From NCBI GenBank assembly GCA_964355175.1, contig CAYHBZ010000002.1:396537-460536 (forward strand): a stretch of 64,000 nucleotides of DNA, read 5' to 3'. This stretch comes from an uncultured Gammaproteobacteria bacterium. Lineage in GTDB: Bacteria > Patescibacteriota > Patescibacteriia > Magasanikbacterales > GWA2-37-8. Below the pieces are notes generated by a model. The model saw only the letters and a program-made list of their open reading frames with translations. It was not told the origin of the DNA and did no database searches. This document shows, piece by piece, positions 58,764-64,000 of this stretch (position 1 is the stretch's first letter; each line of letters opens with the position of its first letter). A program made the position numbers and the translations under genes.

Positions 58764-58892
58764 ATGGTTTCTATCCGTGCTCCGCCCCGATAAAGGGCGA
58801 TAGGAAGGAGTACGGAGACAAAGAAAGCCGCGCACCAACCTATTTTGTTTCTAAATTTTTGGAAATAGAATAGGGTGCGTGGCTTTTGTTTT
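58764..58892 (+). other. Module M2, copy c: mini-ORF MVSIRAPPR-stop followed by a terminator hairpin with a conserved loop
   Basis: RBS 'gaggaggag'. ORF spans 58764-58793. Stem gccgcgcacc/ggtgcgtggc plus U-tract. Confidence 0.5.
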
Positions 58893-58947
58893 CCCCTATA
58901 CAAAACCTCATTTTTTGTGTAGGATAAGGGTTGATAACTTAATCAAT

Positions 58948-59919
58948 ATGTACGAAATAGTCTTATTTTATAAATACATTCACATAGCCGATCCGGAAGC
59001 CTTGATGAAGGCTCAGCGACAGGTGTGTACCGACCTTGGTCTCAAAGGCCGTCTTATTATTGCTACCGAGGGAGTCAATGGTACTTTTGAAGGTACTAAA
59101 GAAAATATTGCCAAATATATTGCCATCCTCAAAAAAGATGAGCGTTTTAATAATATTCATTTTAAATTAAGTTCCGGTACGGGGGGTGCTTTTCCTAGAT
59201 TATCTATAAAAGTGCGCAATGAAATTGTGAGCTCTCATCTTGGTGAAAAAGATATTGATCCTCGCACTACGACTGGTAAATATCTACAAGCCGAAGAATT
59301 ACACGAATGGATCCATGGTGGCAAAGAATTTTATATCGTGGATATGCGTAATGATTATGAATTTGAAGTTGGCCGCTTTGCCGGTTCGATTTTGCCACCG
59401 CTGAAAAATTTTCGTGATTTATCTGGAATTTTGCCGTCTCTAAAAAGTCTCAAAGATAAAACTGTGCTTACGGTTTGTACTGGTGGTGTGCGCTGTGAAA
59501 AGGCGTCAGGGTTTTTGGTAGACAATGGTTTTGCCGATGTGTATCAGCTGTACGGTGGTATTGTGACTTATATGGAAAAATATCCAAATGAAGATTTTAA
59601 AGGCGCACTGTATGTTTTTGATGGTCGTGTCACCATGGGTTTTAATTTGACTGATCCAAAACACGAAGTGGTAGGGAAGTGTTGGTTGTGCAAAAATCCC
59701 GCTGAAAAATATTTGGATTGTGCCTTTTTACACTGTCGCGGCAAGCGTCACTTTCTCTGCTGTCAGAGTTGTGAAAAAACCAAACAAGGATATTGTGGCA
59801 CAATTTGTAAATTGAAAGAAAAATTAGGACCAGTATCGTTGACCATTGAACGTTTTTACTATAAAATAAGTAGTGTAATCAAAAAATACCATGTCCAAAA
59901 AAACCACTCTACAAATTAA
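58948..59919 (+). CDS. trhO: Rhodanese-domain tRNA U34 hydroxylase TrhO (YceA/UPF0176 family) with a Cys-rich C-terminal extension
   Basis: 'MYEIVLFYKYIHIADPE...GRLIIATEGVNGT' start and rhodanese active-site Cys 'CTGGVRCEKA'. Confidence 0.7.
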   Translation: MYEIVLFYKYIHIADPEALMKAQRQVCTDLGLKGRLIIATEGVNGTFEGTKENIAKYIAILKKDERFNNIHFKLSSGTGGAFPRLSIKVRNEIVSSHLGEKDIDPRTTTGKYLQAEELHEWIHGGKEFYIVDMRNDYEFEVGRFAGSILPPLKNFRDLSGILPSLKSLKDKTVLTVCTGGVRCEKASGFLVDNGFADVYQLYGGIVTYMEKYPNEDFKGALYVFDGRVTMGFNLTDPKHEVVGKCWLCKNPAEKYLDCAFLHCRGKRHFLCCQSCEKTKQGYCGTICKLKEKLGPVSLTIERFYYKISSVIKKYHVQKNHSTN

Positions 59920-60658
59920 AAATCTTCAAGCTTCAATCGATGGTATTAAAATTCTCAACGGTGTTTCTTTAAATGTCACTTCTGGTGAAGTGCATGTGAT
60001 AATGGGGCAAAATGGCTCTGGAAAATCCACTCTGCTTTCGGTACTCATGGGCCATCCTAGATATGATGTCGATGGCGGCAGTGTGATGCTCGACAAAAAA
60101 AATATTTTGAAAATGTCTCCGGATGAGCGTGCTCACGCTGGATTGTTTTTGGGTTTTCAGCATCCGCAAGTTGTGGCCGGTGTATCGTATGGAAATTTTT
60201 TGCGTACTGCTCGCAATACTGTAGCGACTGCCCGTGACAAAAAAGCCGCTGCAATTTCTCCAATGGATTTTTCCAAAGCCATGAAAGAAGAAATGGGCCG
60301 ATTAAAAATTGATCCAATTTTTATTTCTCGTTCTGTAAACGAAGGATTCTCGGGCGGTGAAAAGAAAAAATCCGAAGTGTTGCAGATGGCGATGCTCGAG
60401 CCCACAATCGCATTTTTAGATGAAATAGATTCTGGATTGGATATTGATGCTCTAAAAATTGTCGCCAAAGAATTAGTCGCACTTCATAAAAAACAAAAAA
60501 TGGCTTTGATTGTAGTAAGTCACAATCCAAAATTGATTGCGCTATTGTCTCCAAAAAAAGTACATGTAATGTCCAAAGGTAAAATAGTGAAAAGCGGTGG
60601 CAAAGATCTGGTAAAAAAAATTGAAAAAGGCGGCTACGACGCGTTTCTAAAAAAATAA
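59891..60658 (+). CDS. sufC: Fe-S cluster assembly ATPase SufC
   Basis: ABC ATPase Walker A 'GQNGSGKSTL'. Sits in the suf cluster. Confidence 0.85.
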   Translation: MSKKTTLQIKNLQASIDGIKILNGVSLNVTSGEVHVIMGQNGSGKSTLLSVLMGHPRYDVDGGSVMLDKKNILKMSPDERAHAGLFLGFQHPQVVAGVSYGNFLRTARNTVATARDKKAAAISPMDFSKAMKEEMGRLKIDPIFISRSVNEGFSGGEKKKSEVLQMAMLEPTIAFLDEIDSGLDIDALKIVAKELVALHKKQKMALIVVSHNPKLIALLSPKKVHVMSKGKIVKSGGKDLVKKIEKGGYDAFLKK

Positions 60659-60667
60659 TTTTGGCCT

Positions 60668-62086
60668 ATGGCCGTACCTCAAAAAACCAAAAAGCTTCTT
60701 GCCAATACCGGTGACTCTTCCGCTTTTAGTTTCAAAACAGAAACTAAAAGTGTTTTTCAATCTCAGCGTGGTCTTACCGAGCGAGTGATTCGTGAAATTT
60801 CCGCTTTCAAAGATGAACCGCAGTGGATGCTCGACTATCGTCTCAAAGCCTATAAAATTTTTCTAGAAAAATCTATGCCGACTTGGGGCGCGGATTTATC
60901 CGGCATTGATTTTGAAAATATTCGCTACTATGTGCGTCCGCAAGATAAAGCCAAAACCAAATGGGAAGATGTCCCGTCTGAAATTAAAGATACTTTTGAA
61001 AAATTAGGCATCCCCGAAGCCGAAAGAAAATTTTTGGCTGGTGCGGGCGCGCAATTTGAATCGGAAATGGTATATCACTCGGTACAAGAAAGCCTTTCTA
61101 AACAAGGTGTGATTTTTGAGTCCACTGATGATGGGTTGAAAAATCATCCTGAACTTTTTAAAAAATATTTTGGTACAATTATTCCAGCGCATGATAATAA
61201 ATTTTCCGCACTCAATTCAGCGGTATGGTCCGGTGGATCTTTTATCTATATTCCCAAAGGTGTGCATGTAGAATTACCACTACAAGCATATTTCCGTATC
61301 AACACTGAAAACATGGGTCAGTTTGAGCGTACCTTAATTATTGCCGACGAAGGCAGTAGTGTGCACTATGTAGAAGGCTGTACCGCTCCGACTTATTCCT
61401 CTGATTCTCTACATAGCGCGGTGGTAGAAATTATTGTAAAAAAAGGCGCGCGTGTGCAATATACTACTATTCAAAATTGGTCTAGTAATGTTTATAATCT
61501 GGTGACTAAGCGTGCCTTTGCGCATGAAGACGCTGAGATGTTTTGGCTAGATTGTAATTTGGGATCCAAAGTGACGATGAAATATCCAAGCATTATTTTG
61601 GGAGGCCGTCGCGCCAAAGGTGAAATTCAGTCCTTGGCTTTTGCGGCGCACGGTCAACATCAGGATGCGGGTGGTAAAGTAATTCACTTGGCTCCGGATA
61701 CTAGCTCCACAATTATTTCCAAATCTATTTCCAAAGATAACGGTCGCTCTACTTATCGCGGACTCGTAAAAGTAGTGAAGGGTGCCACCAATGTAAAAAC
61801 TCGTGTGGTTTGTGACGCGCTCATGCTTGACGCGTCTTCTCGCTCCGATACCTATCCTACTATGGATATTAAAGAGCAAGATGTAGCCGTAGCGCACGAA
61901 GCCACTGTGGCCAAAATTGGCGAAGAAGAATTATTTTATCTCATGAGTCGTGGACTCACCGAAGAACAGGCGGCGACAATGATAGTAAATGGTTTTGCCG
62001 CTCCGATTGTAAAACAGTTGCCGATGGAATATGCGGTTGAGCTTAATCGTTTGTTGGCGCTGGAAATGACCGGATCAGTTGGATAA
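60668..62086 (+). CDS. sufB: Fe-S cluster assembly protein SufB
   Basis: Length and conserved SufB C-terminal region. Confidence 0.85.
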   Translation: MAVPQKTKKLLANTGDSSAFSFKTETKSVFQSQRGLTERVIREISAFKDEPQWMLDYRLKAYKIFLEKSMPTWGADLSGIDFENIRYYVRPQDKAKTKWEDVPSEIKDTFEKLGIPEAERKFLAGAGAQFESEMVYHSVQESLSKQGVIFESTDDGLKNHPELFKKYFGTIIPAHDNKFSALNSAVWSGGSFIYIPKGVHVELPLQAYFRINTENMGQFERTLIIADEGSSVHYVEGCTAPTYSSDSLHSAVVEIIVKKGARVQYTTIQNWSSNVYNLVTKRAFAHEDAEMFWLDCNLGSKVTMKYPSIILGGRRAKGEIQSLAFAAHGQHQDAGGKVIHLAPDTSSTIISKSISKDNGRSTYRGLVKVVKGATNVKTRVVCDALMLDASSRSDTYPTMDIKEQDVAVAHEATVAKIGEEELFYLMSRGLTEEQAATMIVNGFAAPIVKQLPMEYAVELNRLLALEMTGSVG

Positions 62087-62702
62087 TTTTATGAAACAAG
62101 AAATTCGTTTTATTGAAACTATACCGGACGAAACTATTACCTTGGCTCCCAAGGCTGATTTAGTTTTGGTAGCACTGGTGACTAAAGGTTGGGAAGGTAC
62201 GCGTGAATTTAAAGTAGATGCTTCCGGGGAGGGAAGTATCTTTAGAGGAATATTTTTTGTGCTGGGAGAAAAGAGTGATTCCTTTTTGTTAAACATTACC
62301 ACTATTCATAGTGCCAACGATACTCTGATTCATACCCGCATGCGCGCGGCTCTCACCGATAGCGCGGTTTGTAATGTGTCGGGTGTAGCTAAAGTACAAG
62401 AAAAAATAATTGGCGCTGATTCGTATTTCTCTCACCATACATTATTGCTCTCGGGAAATTGCTCCGCTAAAGCGGCACCAAATTTGGAAATAAAAAGTGA
62501 TAGTGTAAAAGCCGGACATGCCGCCAGTGTGGGTAAAGTAGATGAAGAAGCTTTGTTCTATTTATTATCTCGTGGTATTAGCCGGAAAGACGCGAAAGCA
62601 TTATTGGTGCAAGGATTTTTTGAAACTGAAATGAGTGAGATTGAAGATGAATATATTAAAAGCGCTATTCGCGAAGCTCTCACTAAATTTCTTTTTAAAT
62701 AA
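62079..62702 (+). CDS. sufD: SufD-like protein (short, 207 aa)
   Basis: SufBD C-terminal beta-helix domain similarity. Confidence 0.6.
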   Translation: MDNFMKQEIRFIETIPDETITLAPKADLVLVALVTKGWEGTREFKVDASGEGSIFRGIFFVLGEKSDSFLLNITTIHSANDTLIHTRMRAALTDSAVCNVSGVAKVQEKIIGADSYFSHHTLLLSGNCSAKAAPNLEIKSDSVKAGHAASVGKVDEEALFYLLSRGISRKDAKALLVQGFFETEMSEIEDEYIKSAIREALTKFLFK

Positions 62703-62704
62703 TT

Positions 62705-63925
62705 ATGCCTCTCAATATCCAAAAAGATTTTCCAATTCTCAAACGCCGCATCAATGGCAAACGATTGGTGTATTTGGATAACGCCGCTACTTCTCAAAAA
62801 CCAAAAGTAGTTTTGGATGCTTTACAAAATTTTTATACTACGATGAATGCCAATATTCATCGCGGTGTGCATACATTGTCCGAAGAATCCACGGCCGCCT
62901 ACGAAGCGGTGCGTGAAAAAACTGCCAAATTTATCGGCGCTAAATCTGCCGGTGAAGTTGTATTTACCAAAAACGCGACCGAATCTATCAATTGTGTGGC
63001 CGTCAGCTGGGCCAAGAAAAATATTAGAAAAAGGGACGAGGTAATCGTGAGTGCGCTGGAGCACCATGCGAATCTAGTGCCGTGGCAAGAACTTTGCCGT
63101 GAAACTGGAGCGGTGCTAAAAATCATTCCATTGACCGAAGATTTTTTATTGGATATCGAAGGATTTCAAAAATTATTAAACCTCAATACTAAATTGGTTT
63201 GTGTCGCCGGTATGTCCAATGTTACCGGCAGTATTGTGCCAATAAAAGAAATTATTGAACTATCCCATGTTGTAGGAGCAAAAGTTCTAGTAGATGCTTC
63301 TCAAAGTATCGTGCATAGCGCGGTAAATGTGCAAAATATTGGTTGTGATTTCTTAGTTTTTTCTTCTCATAAAATGCTCGGCCCGATGGGAGTGGGTGTT
63401 TTATATATTAAAGAAAGTTTGATTGCCGCAATGGATCCGTATATGTACGGTGGTGATATGATTGAAACCGTAGATCAATATACTTCCAAATATAAAACTG
63501 ATTATTCCAAATTTGAAGCTGGTACACAAAATGTGGCGGATGTGATTGCTTTTGGTGCGGCTTTAGATTATCTTAAAAAAATTGGTATGAGCGCGATTGA
63601 AAAGCATGATCGTGAATTGCTTGTTTACGCCAAAACTCAATTTAGTAAATTTAAACAAGTAAAATTATTTAGTCCAAAAAATATTAAAAATTGCGGACCA
63701 GTATTATCGTTTGTAGTAGCTGGTGTGCATCCGCATGATATTGCTAGTGTATTTGATAGCGAAGGCGTGGCGATTCGTGCCGGTTTTCACTGTGCGGAGC
63801 CGCTAGTGCGTCGCTTGGGCGTGGCTTCTACTGCCAGAATGAGTTTTTATCTGTATAATACCAAAGCGGATGTCGATGTGGCCATGAAAGCTCTGCAAAA
63901 AACTCTTAAGATTTTTAAGGTTTAA
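62705..63925 (+). CDS. sufS: Cysteine desulfurase SufS
   Basis: 'SSHKMLGP' PLP-Lys and 'RAGFHCAEP' active-site Cys. Confidence 0.85.
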   Translation: MPLNIQKDFPILKRRINGKRLVYLDNAATSQKPKVVLDALQNFYTTMNANIHRGVHTLSEESTAAYEAVREKTAKFIGAKSAGEVVFTKNATESINCVAVSWAKKNIRKRDEVIVSALEHHANLVPWQELCRETGAVLKIIPLTEDFLLDIEGFQKLLNLNTKLVCVAGMSNVTGSIVPIKEIIELSHVVGAKVLVDASQSIVHSAVNVQNIGCDFLVFSSHKMLGPMGVGVLYIKESLIAAMDPYMYGGDMIETVDQYTSKYKTDYSKFEAGTQNVADVIAFGAALDYLKKIGMSAIEKHDRELLVYAKTQFSKFKQVKLFSPKNIKNCGPVLSFVVAGVHPHDIASVFDSEGVAIRAGFHCAEPLVRRLGVASTARMSFYLYNTKADVDVAMKALQKTLKIFKV

Positions 63926-63930
63926 TTGAT

Positions 63931-64000
63931 ATGGATCTTTATTCCGAAAATATTTTGGATCATTATCAAAATCCGCACAACAGCGGTGAAATTAGCGATC
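63931..64000 (+). CDS. SufU/IscU-like scaffold, 3' truncated by the window edge
   Basis: 'MDLYSENILDHYQNPHNSG' is typical of the NifU/SufU N-terminus. Confidence 0.5.
   Translation, partial: MDLYSENILDHYQNPHNSGEISD

Noticed and set aside
1-64000. CRISPR arrays, transposases, integrases
   Set aside because: No regularly spaced short direct repeats and no recognisable IS, recombinase or Cas ORFs were seen anywhere in the window.

Overview
This 64 kb window is a low-GC bacterial chromosome segment, about 38-40% GC as judged by eye. Gene content and architecture resemble a CPR/Patescibacteria-type genome. Genes are tightly packed, many pair a near-consensus sigma70 promoter (TTGACA-17-TATAAT) with a hairpin/U-tract terminator, and giant surface proteins, sortase and P-type ATPase are present. 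The recognisable host backbone comprises: a cell-envelope/glycan cluster (Wzz-like, O-antigen-ligase-like, radical SAM, GT4 glycosyltransferase); a peptidoglycan cluster on the minus strand (murC, mraY, murF, ftsI, murB) with gpsA, rlmN, a P-type ATPase, an aminotransferase, tkt and hpf; HU, an MFS transporter, a PLD-family enzyme, rarA, tsaE, gatCA, a tandem LOG-domain fusion, lgt, tRNA-Glu(CTC), tRNA-Ser(GGA), trhO and sufCBD-S(U). Superimposed on this are about ten sharply high-GC ORFs, about 65-70% GC by eye, grouped in five islands: 8.07-12.2 kb, 18.1-20.25 kb, 34.0-34.4 kb, 56.3-56.8 kb and 57.0-58.9 kb. Almost all of them encode small membrane, secreted or zinc-binding proteins of unknown function. 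Each sits in AT-rich, host-like regulatory context, and the islands carry several conserved non-coding module families that show compensatory (covarying) substitutions. Separately, a leaderless four-gene operon (ATP-grasp, NlpC/P60-like, kinase-like, SAM methyltransferase) and a sortase/substrate pair stand out. No CRISPR array, integrase or transposase was seen.
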